Numbered from the stretch's first letter, positions 20,812 through 30,579 are shown. The stretch is DNA of 64,000 bases from an uncultured Acidobacteriota bacterium (GCA_963770895.1 CAVYRF010000002.1:5536001-5600000); one strand, 5' to 3'. The notes: generated by a model from the sequence alone, not told the origin. A program made the numbers and translations.

Positions 20812-23253
20812 TCACGGTAGGCTGAAGCGGGCACGGGATGAGCGATCGAGCAGACGCAAGGCCGTGCGCGCCTGCTCAATCGTGGCGACCTCGCGATTGG
20901 CTGCTTCGCAAAACAGCTTGAGACTGGCGACGGCCTCCCGCTCGACCTTTTGGGCGGCCAAGACCTTCCATATCTTCTGTGCAAGGCGGCGCACCTCGGC
21001 CAGGCGCCCCTCCTCCAGGTAGAGAATCGCCAGATCGAGAGAGACCATTGCGCTGGCGACGCCGTTGCCGCGGTCCGCGAACTGTTCGCGCACGTGGGAG
21101 AAGGCGGCGCTAGCCTCCTGCCTGTTGCCCATGCCGGCTGCCACGCGAGCTGCCAACCAAGAGACGCGTAGCACGTCCAAGTCGTTGGCCAGCTCGAGCG
21201 TAAGGTGCCGCAACCTGGGGAGCTGAGCCGACGCATCGGCAAAGGCGCCAAGATGACAGAGAACCGCAGTCAAGGTGAATTCCAGGCCGAATTGCAAGCG
21301 CAGGTCGCCGGTCTCTATCACGAGCGGAGCCGCCTCCCGCAGCGCCGCCGCGGCGGCGGTCGCGTCACCTGCCTGCTCCAGGGTAGAGCCGCGCTTGAGC
21401 AGGATGCGACCGGCCGCAGCGCGAGGAGCCGCAGCCGCCGCACGGTCGAGGAGGTCAAGCGCGACGCCGAAGTGACCCGCGTCTCGGCGCAACGACGCCT
21501 CCAGGTCCAACAAGCGCCACTCGGGGAGAATGGCCGTCGGATCGCCCGCAGCACCGGCGTGCCAGAGCCGCCTGACCATCCGCCACTGCGCGTCCGCCTG
21601 GGGCAGGCTGCCCTGGATACGCAGGGCGTTGGCCAAAAACGCCCGGGCATAGCCTTCCAGCCGGCTGCGCCAGGCATCCGAGCCGGCGGCGAGCCGAGCC
21701 ACCGTGACGGCGAGCCCTGCCAACTCCAAGGCGGTGGTGGCGCTGCGGGGCGCGGCACGCCGGCTTTCCTCCGCGAGGCGCTCGGCGAGCGCCCAGCCCC
21801 GCAACTGCAGCAAGCCCTGGACGAGCAGCCGGCGCTGGGCAGGTTTGAATCTGGCGAGGGTTTGCCACTGCCTTCCGGCCGCGGCGCGCGCGCGGGCGAT
21901 GTGGTGCGCGGCGGAGCGCGCCTGGAGGCGGAACTGGGCAAGGGTGGCGTATTCCACGCCGAGATGGGAGGCGGTCTGCCGCGCGAGGTGATCGTCGAGC
22001 GGCGCCGCGGCCGCTGGGTGTGCGGCAGCCGCAACGGTGCCGGCGGGGGAGGGGTCGAGCGCCGCGACCGTCAGCAGGGCGACGTCCACGTCGGCCGGGG
22101 TGTATCCCATCACCTCCGACGTCAGGGTCTGGAAGCGGCGCGGGGTCAAGGGGCGATGGCCGCGCTCAAACCCCGAGATATGGCTGGTATGCACGCCGGC
22201 GGCGGCCGCCAGGTCCTGCTGCGTCCAGGCGATGCGTTCGCGCAGCCAGATGAGGGCAATGCGCGCGGTGTCCCGGGAATCGGGGAGCGCATCGCCGGCG
22301 GCGGCGTCCCCTTTCCTCTCCGGGGCAGTGCCAGGGCGCGAACTTGCACTGCCGGCCGCGGAGGGAGGCAAACCGTGCCGGTCGCCGGGCGCTGAGGCAA
22401 CCGTAGGTGCGTCCAGGCCGATGGATGCGGACAGGTCGAGCAGGCACCCTTCGGACAGGACGCCGGCCGGGTCGCCCGCGGCGCCGGCGCGCCAAAGGCT
22501 CCAGGCGGTCTGCCATTCGGCGCTGGCGGCGGCAGCGTGTCCCGCGGCCTGCAGCGCGTTGGCCAGGTAGGCCCGCGCATAGCCTTGGACACGGCTGCGC
22601 CAGGCTGCGGAGCCGGCGGCGAGCCGAGCCGCGGTGACCGCCAGCTGCGCCAGGTCGAGGGCGTCGGCGGCGCCTGCGGGCGCGGTGCGCTGGCTTTGGT
22701 GGGCAAGCAGCTCGGCCAACGCCCAGCCTTGGAACTCCTCCAACCGCTCGACGAGAAGACGGCGTTGGGCCGGACTGGCGACCTGGAGCCGACGCCAGAG
22801 ACTGGCGGCCTGGGCGCGAGCCTGCGCCAGCCGATGTTCGGCGATGCGGGGCTTCAGGCGGGGAAGCGCTAGCGCGGCGACCTCGACTGCGAGGTGCGCG
22901 ATCGCTTGGCGATGGAGCCGCGCCTCCGCGGGCGGCAGTGCGGCGGGACCGGTGGCCGCCGCATCGCCTCCCGCGGGGTCGGGACCGACGGCCGCAATGG
23001 CGAGCAGGGCCAGCTCGATTTGAGCGGGGGTGTAGGCCATCGCCGCGGCCAGCTGCAGGAACCGGCGGCGGCTCAGTGGGCGATTGCCGCGCTCGTAGTC
23101 GGTGATGAGGTTCCTGACCGTACCCGCGGCCTGGGCGAGCTGGGTCTGGCTCCAGCCGAGGCGCTCGCGCAACCAGGTCAGAGCGATGGAGTCCGGTTTG
23201 GGGATCGCCCTGGGCACCCGGTCGGGTCGCGCGGGAGGCGTCATGGGTCTCAT
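20812..23253 (-). CDS. XRE-HTH/TPR protein with an internally duplicated module (paralog 2: HTH-partial TPR-HTH-full TPR)
   Basis: Two HTHs ('WLRERLGWSQTQLAQAAG', 'WLRERIAWTQQDLAAAAG'), each followed by 'GWALAE..AGS.AWRSR..GYARA.LANAL'; start uncertain (23244/23253/23316). Confidence 0.8.
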   Translation of the reverse strand: MRPMTPPARPDRVPRAIPKPDSIALTWLRERLGWSQTQLAQAAGTVRNLITDYERGNRPLSRRRFLQLAAAMAYTPAQIELALLAIAAVGPDPAGGDAAATGPAALPPAEARLHRQAIAHLAVEVAALALPRLKPRIAEHRLAQARAQAASLWRRLQVASPAQRRLLVERLEEFQGWALAELLAHQSQRTAPAGAADALDLAQLAVTAARLAAGSAAWRSRVQGYARAYLANALQAAGHAAAASAEWQTAWSLWRAGAAGDPAGVLSEGCLLDLSASIGLDAPTVASAPGDRHGLPPSAAGSASSRPGTAPERKGDAAAGDALPDSRDTARIALIWLRERIAWTQQDLAAAAGVHTSHISGFERGHRPLTPRRFQTLTSEVMGYTPADVDVALLTVAALDPSPAGTVAAAAHPAAAAPLDDHLARQTASHLGVEYATLAQFRLQARSAAHHIARARAAAGRQWQTLARFKPAQRRLLVQGLLQLRGWALAERLAEESRRAAPRSATTALELAGLAVTVARLAAGSDAWRSRLEGYARAFLANALRIQGSLPQADAQWRMVRRLWHAGAAGDPTAILPEWRLLDLEASLRRDAGHFGVALDLLDRAAAAAPRAAAGRILLKRGSTLEQAGDATAAAAALREAAPLVIETGDLRLQFGLEFTLTAVLCHLGAFADASAQLPRLRHLTLELANDLDVLRVSWLAARVAAGMGNRQEASAAFSHVREQFADRGNGVASAMVSLDLAILYLEEGRLAEVRRLAQKIWKVLAAQKVEREAVASLKLFCEAANREVATIEQARTALRLLDRSSRARFSLP

Positions 23254-23599
23254 GGCTTGCTGAGCGAGACGACCGGGCTTTCCGTCCGATGCAAAGTATT
23301 GCCTCTCCGTAACCAATCGCTTTCAGGAAACAAATCGTCTTCGCTGCCGCGCAGATCATTCTTACGCGAACGCTCCGCTTGCGCAAGGGCGACCTTGCCC
23401 ACGAAATCAGGTGGTTTCCTACTGGATAGAAATCGTCTCTTTGCGTACCTGTCGATCGCCCCGAACCCGATCGCTTCGTCGCGGCGGGGCCGAGACGGTT
23501 ACCAACTTGCCTGGCGCTGGATACCGGGAGCTTCTTTTGTCAATTGCGCGCACGCCATTGCCAGATCGGGCAATCTCGCCAGCGAACGAGGAGGCAAAG

Positions 23600-25789
23600 A
23601 TGAGCGCCCCTGATCCCCGAAGTCCCATCGCCGGCCATCGCAGGCACGAGGACGCCGCAGCCTGCGCAGGTGAGGTGCCGCGGTATCCCTTCCTTGCCGC
23701 GGGTGCCGACGCCTTTCCTGCGAGCGGCGCCGCGCGCATGCCCGGCAAGGGCCGACCTCTGGGAATGGGCACCGGCATGGGACCTCATCGCAACCGGTCC
23801 GGTGCTGCCCCGGCCGGAGAGGTGCAGGGGCTGAGACGCCGCCATCGTCCAGCGTTGGGTCTTGCGCTTTCGACCTTGCGGTCCATCATGGGATGGTCTC
23901 AAACCGATCTTTCCCGGGTCAGCGGCGTCGCGATCAGCCAGATATCGCAATACGAATCTGGCAAGATACGTTTGACTCGGGCTCGCTTTCATCACCTCGC
24001 CGCGGTCATGGGCGCCGGCGAGGGGCTGGCCGATTGCGCGGTAACGACCTGTGCGCTGTTGTCTGCCGTAGCCACACCGGCGGACCCGGTTCCGCCAGGC
24101 GGTCTCACCTGGGACGAGCGGCGGCAGGTCAACTCGTTTGCACTAAGAATGTTGCCTGCGCTGACTGAGCTCGTTCGGGCGCAGGCCACTGCAACGATCA
24201 TCATGCAGCGCGTCGAAGAGGCGCATCAGGAAGCAGACGCACATTGGCAGGTGCTGGTGACGCTCAGCCACAGGGAGCGGCTGCAACGATTGGAAGCCGG
24301 TCTGCATCTACAAACCTGGGCGATGTGCCTGCGCCTGGGCGACGCGAGCGTTGCCGCTGCTCACAATGTCACGGAATCCATGCAGCTTGCCGAGCTTGCC
24401 GTGCGTGCGGCCCAACTGGCGCAGGGTGACGCCGGCGGGCTGCTGCGCTTGCAGGGCTACGCGCGCGCATTCCTTGCAAATGCTCATCGGTTGAGGGGAG
24501 ATCTCACGGCGGCAGATGCCGAGTTCGCTGCGGCAACGCGACAGTGGGATGAAGGTAAGCAAGTCGCGGAATTCCCGCTGCTGGAATGGCGGTTCCTCGA
24601 CTTGGAATCATCGCTCCGCCTGGCGCAAAAATTCTGGCCCGCAACCGTCGGCCTGCTCGACCGGGCCATCGCCCTTGCTCCCGCAGGGGAAACGGGCCGG
24701 CTGCTGATCAAGAAGGCGACGGCTCTACGGCTCGCCGGCCAGGTCGACGATGCGCTCGCTGCGCTGGACGCGGCGGCGCCCCTGGTCACGTCGCTGCCGG
24801 AAGCGCAGTGGATGGTGCAGTATCACCAGATTGCGTGTTTGTGCCAGACAGGGCGCTATCGACAGGCCGGTCATTTCCTGCAGAGCGCAGGCGATGCGCT
24901 TGACGGTGAGTCCACTTTGGAAATCGTCCGGCGATTGTGGCTCACAGCCCGCGTGACCGCAGGTCAGGGCGATCGGCGACAAGCGATCGCCGATTTGCAA
25001 TGGGTGCGTAGGGAACTCATGCCGTTCGCCACTTGCTACGAGTCCGCCCTGGTGTCGATCGAGCTGGCGGTTCTTTACTTCGACAGTCGGGAGTGGAGCT
25101 CGAAGATTCGTGGCTTGGTGCAAACCACCTTGGAAATAGTCAACGCACGATGGGGTTCGCGAGGTCTGACGGCCAGCCTTGGCGAGGCATGTCAGTCGCC
25201 TGAGAAGCTACGTCAGCTTCACGAAGACCTTGAGCTTTTGAGGGTCGAGAACTGGGTCTTCGAGCCCCTGACGACGGACGGCAGCGAGCGCACCGCGTAC
25301 AGCCCCCTTTCGAAACAGACCGATACCGTCTCGCTTGGCGACGAAACGAGCCTCCTGGTGCGCCTGTTGCGCGCAGTCCCTGGGTTTAGCCAGGACGCGA
25401 TGGGCGCTAGAGCGTCGATCGATCGCACTACGATCAGCCGCTACGAGAAAGGCGACATGATCCCCTCGCGGGCGCATCTCGCGCGCCTGGGCGATGCTGC
25501 CGGTATTTCACTGCCGCTTTTGGAGGGCGTGTTGCAGCCGCTGGTCCGCCTTGTGTGTGTCAAGAGGGCCTGTTCGCACAGAGCCTGGGTGCCGGCGCAC
25601 CAAGCTGATGAGGTGGCGACCGCGTTCGATCGGCAAATGGTGGCCACCCTGCGCGCAGGCGTCGCCACGTTTGCAGCAGCTCTCCGGTGCCGTCCTGCTG
25701 TGGCTGCTCAGCCTGGCCGGCCAGCGGATTTCCCGCCGCGCGATGCGCAGCAGGCGCCGGCGAAAAACGCGGGCGAGATGGCCAGATGA
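23600..25789 (+). CDS. XRE-HTH/TPR protein with a second, C-terminal HTH (paralog 3)
   Basis: ATG 23600 after GAGGAGG; HTH 'LRSIMGWSQTDLSRVSGVAISQISQYESGK', shared TPR module 'QGYARAFLANAHR..EWRFLDLESSLR', second HTH 'GFSQDAMGARASIDRTTISRYEKG'. Confidence 0.75.
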   Translation: MSAPDPRSPIAGHRRHEDAAACAGEVPRYPFLAAGADAFPASGAARMPGKGRPLGMGTGMGPHRNRSGAAPAGEVQGLRRRHRPALGLALSTLRSIMGWSQTDLSRVSGVAISQISQYESGKIRLTRARFHHLAAVMGAGEGLADCAVTTCALLSAVATPADPVPPGGLTWDERRQVNSFALRMLPALTELVRAQATATIIMQRVEEAHQEADAHWQVLVTLSHRERLQRLEAGLHLQTWAMCLRLGDASVAAAHNVTESMQLAELAVRAAQLAQGDAGGLLRLQGYARAFLANAHRLRGDLTAADAEFAAATRQWDEGKQVAEFPLLEWRFLDLESSLRLAQKFWPATVGLLDRAIALAPAGETGRLLIKKATALRLAGQVDDALAALDAAAPLVTSLPEAQWMVQYHQIACLCQTGRYRQAGHFLQSAGDALDGESTLEIVRRLWLTARVTAGQGDRRQAIADLQWVRRELMPFATCYESALVSIELAVLYFDSREWSSKIRGLVQTTLEIVNARWGSRGLTASLGEACQSPEKLRQLHEDLELLRVENWVFEPLTTDGSERTAYSPLSKQTDTVSLGDETSLLVRLLRAVPGFSQDAMGARASIDRTTISRYEKGDMIPSRAHLARLGDAAGISLPLLEGVLQPLVRLVCVKRACSHRAWVPAHQADEVATAFDRQMVATLRAGVATFAAALRCRPAVAAQPGRPADFPPRDAQQAPAKNAGEMAR

Positions 25790-25959
25790 CACGATCTGGG
25801 TCTGCGGTGGCCGCGCCGGGTGGGGCGCGAATGCCGCTCGCATCCAGCTCCCATACAGCATAAACTTAGAGCGAAAGCCAGAACGTAAGGTGCAAGTCGG
25901 AGCAGGCCCTTTTCGGCCTGGCTTGCGGCGCTTGTGCTTTGGGAGCCCGTGCAGACGGC

Positions 25960-28900
25960 GTGAAACGTTCGCTCGCTCTCTTCGGCCGGCCGACCTGCCG
26001 CGCTGTGGCGCTCCTTGTCCACGCGGCCGGGCTTGCCGTCACCATGTCCGGATGCGGTGACGGTTCCGATCCGGCACGCGCAGTGGAATCGATCCGTACC
26101 AACTGGACAAAGGCGTTTGCCGTCGCGCGGCCGCTGGCAGGCCGGCTGGCGGGCGTCGGATATGCACCTGCGGCGCCGGTGCCAGCGGCAGGGCCTGCGG
26201 CGCCAGTGGCACCGGCGCCGCTTGCAGCAGCGACGCTACCCGCGGCGTCGCCGAGCGAAGCCACGGTCGCCGCGGAGCGGCGCACCTTTGCCGGTCTCAG
26301 CCGGTCCGCCGTGCGGACGGCACGCACACGCTCGGCCTGGGATCTGTATGCCCTGGGGCTCGCCGCGCTGGGCGTCGGCCGGGTCGATGCGGCGGTCGAT
26401 CACCTTGCCGCGGCGGCGGCGCGAATGCCCGCCAAGCCGGAACCGTGGAGCGACCTGGCGGCCGCCTACCTGGAGCGAGGCGATCGCCGGCACCTTTCGC
26501 ACGACGACCTGCTGGCTCTGGACGCGGCGGACCGGGCGCTGCAGCTTGCGCCTGGCCTGGCGCCCGCGGCCTTCAACCGGGCTGTCGCCTTGGAGCGGCT
26601 TTTCCTCCCGGCCGCCGCCGCCTGGCAAAGGTTCCTGGCTAGCGATCGCAGCTCAGGCCGGGGATGGCCAGCCGAGGCGCGCCGCCACCTGGCCGCGGCA
26701 GGCTCGCCTGAACCGATCGATGCCTGGACGATCCAGCGCCGGCGCCTGGAAGACCTGGCGGCTGCCGGCAAACCGGAGGCCCTGGCATCGTGGGCTCGAC
26801 GGGTGCCGCAGGCGGTTCGCGAGCTGGCCGAAGACGTGGAACTGCCGGCCTGGGGCGGCGCCGTGCTCGCCGGCCGCGGGGCGGACGCCGGGCGCGCGCT
26901 GGCGATCGCCAGAGCGTTGGGCGGGGCGCTCGCCGCCGGCCGTGGCGGCACCGCGGTCGCGGATTGCGTGCGCGCGATCGACCTGGCAGGCGCCGGCCCT
27001 GGGGCCAGCGCCGGGTACGACACGTCCGCCGCGGCGCCGGTGAGTCCTGGGGGCAGGAGTGCGCTGCACGACCTGGCCGCCGCCCACGCCGTCTACGGTC
27101 AGGCGCTGGCGCTGTACGCCAGCGAGCAGTTCGCCGGCGCCCAGGTGGTTTTTGACCGCGCCGCCGCGCTGTTCGTCGGCGCCGGCAGCCCGTTTGCCGG
27201 GTGGGCGCGCTTTCAGCTGGCACGCTGTGCGTTTCAGCATCTGGATTACGACCGCGCCGTGCGCCTGCTGGAGCCGCTCACCGGCGCCGGAGCCGCCGGG
27301 CGCGATGCTGCGCTGGCGGGGCGCGCGTGGGTGCTCGACGGCCTGATCGCCGCGATCGTGGGGCGGCCTTTTGACGCGCTTGCGGCTTGGCAACAGGGCC
27401 GCGAGGTGTTCACCCGGCTGGGCGAGCGGGGGAGCTTGATCTCCCTGGACGCGGGCGCTGCCGAGGTGCTGGCCTCGCTCGGACGCAGAGCCGAAAGCTG
27501 GACCTTCCTGCTGCGCGCCCTGAGCGAAACCAGCGCCGTGGACCCGGTTGCGGACCTCGGACACGCGCTCGAGCGGGCCGCCGTGGCGGCGCAGGAAGAC
27601 GGCGCCTTTGCGGCGGCGATCGATTTTCGCGACGAGCAGCTGCGCCGCGCGCTGGCGTCGGGCTCCGCCCGGCGCACCGCGGGAGCGCTGTTCGACCGCG
27701 CCATGGCCTACAGCGGCGCCGGCAACCGCCCGCTCGCGCTGCACGACATCGAGGCAGCCAGGCGGATGGCCGCCGCCATGCCGGACAGCGGCCTGCGCAC
27801 CAGCGCGACGGCCGACATCCTGTACACCGAAGGCCGCATCCGGCGCCGCTTCGACGCCGCGTCGGCGATCCCGCCCCTGGCGGAGGCGGCGCGGATCTTC
27901 GCCGCGACCGGCTATCGCTATCCCCTGGTGACCGCCCACCTGGAGCTGGGGCTCGCCACGCTCGCGCTGCGCCAGGACGATCGCGCCGAAAGCGAGCTGC
28001 AAGCCGCCGCCGCGGCGGTCGAACACCAACGCGGCGCGATCCCGGACAGCTCCACCCGCAGCACCTACCTGGGACAGATGCGCGAGGTCTACGAAGCCAT
28101 CGTCGAGCTGGAGGCCGGCCGGCGCCGGCGGCCCGAGCCGGCACTGGCGGCGAGCGAGCTGTACCGCGGCCGCACGCTCCTCGACCTGTTGCAGGGCGGC
28201 CGCTCGCGGAGGGAGCGAGGTCTGACGCTCGGTCCCTCCGTGCAGCCCGTTCCGGCGGCAGGCAACGGCGCGTTCGCCGCCTCCCAGCCGCTGGCGCCGC
28301 GCGACATCGCGGCGGCGCTGCCCGCGGGTACCGCGGGTGTCGAGTTCGCCTTCGCCCACGGTCGGCTGTTCACCTGGGTCGTCACGCCAGGGGGGTTGCG
28401 CCTCTTCGCGTCGGATCTGGGCGCTCATGCCGAGCGCCGGATCGGGGTCCTGGCACAGCGCCTGCGCGGCGAGCTACGGACGGGCCGGGTGGGTAGAGGC
28501 TCGGCCGCCGTGCTGCTCGACGACCTGCTGCTGCAACCGATCGAGCCCGCGCTGCCCGCCGGAGCACGGCTGGTGCTGGCTCCCGACGGCCCGCTGAGCG
28601 GGCTGCCGTTTGCCGCCTTGCGCGATCGTCAGGGCCGCTACCTGATCGCGCGGCACGCGCTGCTGCTGGCACCCAGCCTTTCGTACTTCGTTGCCAGCCG
28701 GCGCTCGCACCGGTCCGTTGCGGATCGGTCTGCCGGCGGCGGTTCCACCAGCGGGAGGGCGCCGCTGCGCGTCCTTGCCGTCGGCGACCCCGCCTTCGAT
28801 CCAGCCGTCTTTGGCGATCTGCCCCGCCTGCCCGGCGCAGCGGCGGAAGCGGCGGCCGTCGCCAGGCTGCTGCCGGGCTCGGTCGCCCTGGTCGGAGCGC

Positions 28901-29412
28901 AGGCGTCCGCGGCCAACCTGCTGGCCGCCGTGGACCGGTTCCCCATCCTGCACTTCGCCGGCCATGCGATCGCCAACCCGGCGGAGCCGCTGCTGTCGTA
29001 CCTGCTGCTCGCCTCCGACGCGCCGGGCGGCGCGAGCGTGCTCTATGCGCGCGACGTGCTGGATTACCGCTTCGACCGCACGCGCCTGGCCCTGCTCGCG
29101 GCCTGCCGTACGGCGGACGACCAGAGCACCTCCGGACAGGGCGTGATGGGGCTGGCCAGCGTGTTTCTGGCCGCCGGGGTGCCCGCCGTGATCGCCACCC
29201 TGTGGGACGTCGAAGACCCGTCGTCCGGCGCTCTGCTCGACCGTTTCTATCGTCGCCTGGCGCGCGGCGTCGACGCCGCGGACGCCCTGCGCGCGGCGCA
29301 GCTGGACCTGCTGGCCAGCTCCGATCCAGCCTTACGCCAACCCGCCACCTGGGCCGGCTTCGAAATTATCGGCGATCCGCCGGCCTTTCTGCCCCAACCC
29401 GTACCTTTTTGA
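25960..29412 (+). CDS. TPR + CHAT (caspase/HetF-like, clan CD) protease, possibly a lipoprotein
   Basis: TPRs (WSDLAAAYLERG, AAFNRAVALERL); CHAT motifs LAPDGPLSGLPFAAL, catalytic His in LHFAGHA, catalytic Cys in LAACRT, 'VIATLWDVED', 'PATWAGF'; lipobox-like AVTMSG-C. Confidence 0.88.
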   Translation: MKRSLALFGRPTCRAVALLVHAAGLAVTMSGCGDGSDPARAVESIRTNWTKAFAVARPLAGRLAGVGYAPAAPVPAAGPAAPVAPAPLAAATLPAASPSEATVAAERRTFAGLSRSAVRTARTRSAWDLYALGLAALGVGRVDAAVDHLAAAAARMPAKPEPWSDLAAAYLERGDRRHLSHDDLLALDAADRALQLAPGLAPAAFNRAVALERLFLPAAAAWQRFLASDRSSGRGWPAEARRHLAAAGSPEPIDAWTIQRRRLEDLAAAGKPEALASWARRVPQAVRELAEDVELPAWGGAVLAGRGADAGRALAIARALGGALAAGRGGTAVADCVRAIDLAGAGPGASAGYDTSAAAPVSPGGRSALHDLAAAHAVYGQALALYASEQFAGAQVVFDRAAALFVGAGSPFAGWARFQLARCAFQHLDYDRAVRLLEPLTGAGAAGRDAALAGRAWVLDGLIAAIVGRPFDALAAWQQGREVFTRLGERGSLISLDAGAAEVLASLGRRAESWTFLLRALSETSAVDPVADLGHALERAAVAAQEDGAFAAAIDFRDEQLRRALASGSARRTAGALFDRAMAYSGAGNRPLALHDIEAARRMAAAMPDSGLRTSATADILYTEGRIRRRFDAASAIPPLAEAARIFAATGYRYPLVTAHLELGLATLALRQDDRAESELQAAAAAVEHQRGAIPDSSTRSTYLGQMREVYEAIVELEAGRRRRPEPALAASELYRGRTLLDLLQGGRSRRERGLTLGPSVQPVPAAGNGAFAASQPLAPRDIAAALPAGTAGVEFAFAHGRLFTWVVTPGGLRLFASDLGAHAERRIGVLAQRLRGELRTGRVGRGSAAVLLDDLLLQPIEPALPAGARLVLAPDGPLSGLPFAALRDRQGRYLIARHALLLAPSLSYFVASRRSHRSVADRSAGGGSTSGRAPLRVLAVGDPAFDPAVFGDLPRLPGAAAEAAAVARLLPGSVALVGAQASAANLLAAVDRFPILHFAGHAIANPAEPLLSYLLLASDAPGGASVLYARDVLDYRFDRTRLALLAACRTADDQSTSGQGVMGLASVFLAAGVPAVIATLWDVEDPSSGALLDRFYRRLARGVDAADALRAAQLDLLASSDPALRQPATWAGFEIIGDPPAFLPQPVPF

Positions 29413-29423
29413 GAGGAGAAAAG

Positions 29424-30476
29424 ATGCCCACTCCGTTGACGCTGGTGTTTCAAGGTCTGATCGCCTTCGCGCCGGGAATCACTGGCACCGCTCCGGACCT
29501 GACGGCCTATGTAATCGACGCCTCACAGCAGCCCGTATATAAGTGCGCGATGACCCACACCGCAAAGATTCGCTTTGTCACGAACACTTGTAACAACGGC
29601 TGCACCACGCGGCTTAAGGATCCGACGATGGGACCAATGATCGACGCCTGCGAGTGCAGCTTGTCCACCGACCTCATCTCCGTAGGAGGAACAGTGCCTG
29701 ACCTCAGTGCGAAAGCCATTGCTCACGCTCCGCAGGACGCCATGCCTCAATCGGATACCGAATCTTTGGATCCAGCCTACGTGGTGGATATGAACAACCT
29801 GGGCGCCACTCTCGACGCGACGAAGGTCTATCCGACCAAACTGGCGGCAACGTTCAACTTCTCTTATGACGTGCTCGAATCGCACAACTTTGCCATTGTG
29901 GGGCGTTATGCCGAAGACATGCGCTTCAAGCAGGAGGGAACGATGGGTTTGACCTCTCACGTCCAGGCCGCGGCAACAACGCTGGTGGCACGGATCACAA
30001 CAATGAACCCTGTCTTGACGCTGGTTAACGTCGTCTCCGGGAATGTCCGTACATTTCCCCTCACGCCGCTGTGCCCAACGCAGCAAGGCGGAACGCAGCC
30101 ATGCGAAATCTTGATTCAAAACGAGCCCTCGATGGATGTCCCTGCTGGATGCGATGCCAGCATCGGCTACGACTTCACGCTTTTCTATCAGCTTGCCAAG
30201 GGCACTATGAACGCGCTGGAGCTCAACCTGCCTCAAGGGATGGACATCGGCAAGATGCCGGGCTGCACGTCGCCCTTCCGGGCCTTCCAAAGTCAGCTTG
30301 AGACGTTTCCGTTCTACCAAACGATCTGCGATGGCACGGCGACCGTGAAAACAACCAAGACGGTTACGACGACGACCACGATTGGTGGTGTCACGACGGC
30401 CACGACGAAGGAGACTGTCATCCCCACCGCCGTCACCACCCGGTCCATCTGCGCAATGGCGCTCTTCTCGCAGTAG
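29424..30476 (+). CDS. Hypothetical Cys/Thr-rich protein coupled to the CHAT protease
   Basis: ATG 11 bp after the CHAT stop with GAGGAG RBS; 350 aa, 11 Cys, Thr-rich C-terminus; visibly lower GC. Confidence 0.75.
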   Translation: MPTPLTLVFQGLIAFAPGITGTAPDLTAYVIDASQQPVYKCAMTHTAKIRFVTNTCNNGCTTRLKDPTMGPMIDACECSLSTDLISVGGTVPDLSAKAIAHAPQDAMPQSDTESLDPAYVVDMNNLGATLDATKVYPTKLAATFNFSYDVLESHNFAIVGRYAEDMRFKQEGTMGLTSHVQAAATTLVARITTMNPVLTLVNVVSGNVRTFPLTPLCPTQQGGTQPCEILIQNEPSMDVPAGCDASIGYDFTLFYQLAKGTMNALELNLPQGMDIGKMPGCTSPFRAFQSQLETFPFYQTICDGTATVKTTKTVTTTTTIGGVTTATTKETVIPTAVTTRSICAMALFSQ

Positions 30477-30496
30477 CCGCGCCAGCCAGGCAGCAG

Positions 30497-30524
30497 ACGT
30501 CACTGCCGGCGGGTGACGTTTCTC
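30497..30524 (+). terminator. Putative intrinsic terminator after the CHAT operon
   Basis: ACGTCAC-tgccggcgg-GTGACGT stem followed by TTCTC. Confidence 0.4.
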
Positions 30525-30579
30525 ACAGCGGCCGGCGGGCGGGCGGGGGTAGGGTTGCCTCACCGGATAGGAGGGCACC

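Noticed and set aside
25960-30476. Craspase (type III-E CRISPR) or canonical gasdermin locus
   Set aside because: No Cas7-11 or array, and the partner protein shows no recognisable gasdermin or Csx30 sequence; kept only as an analogy.
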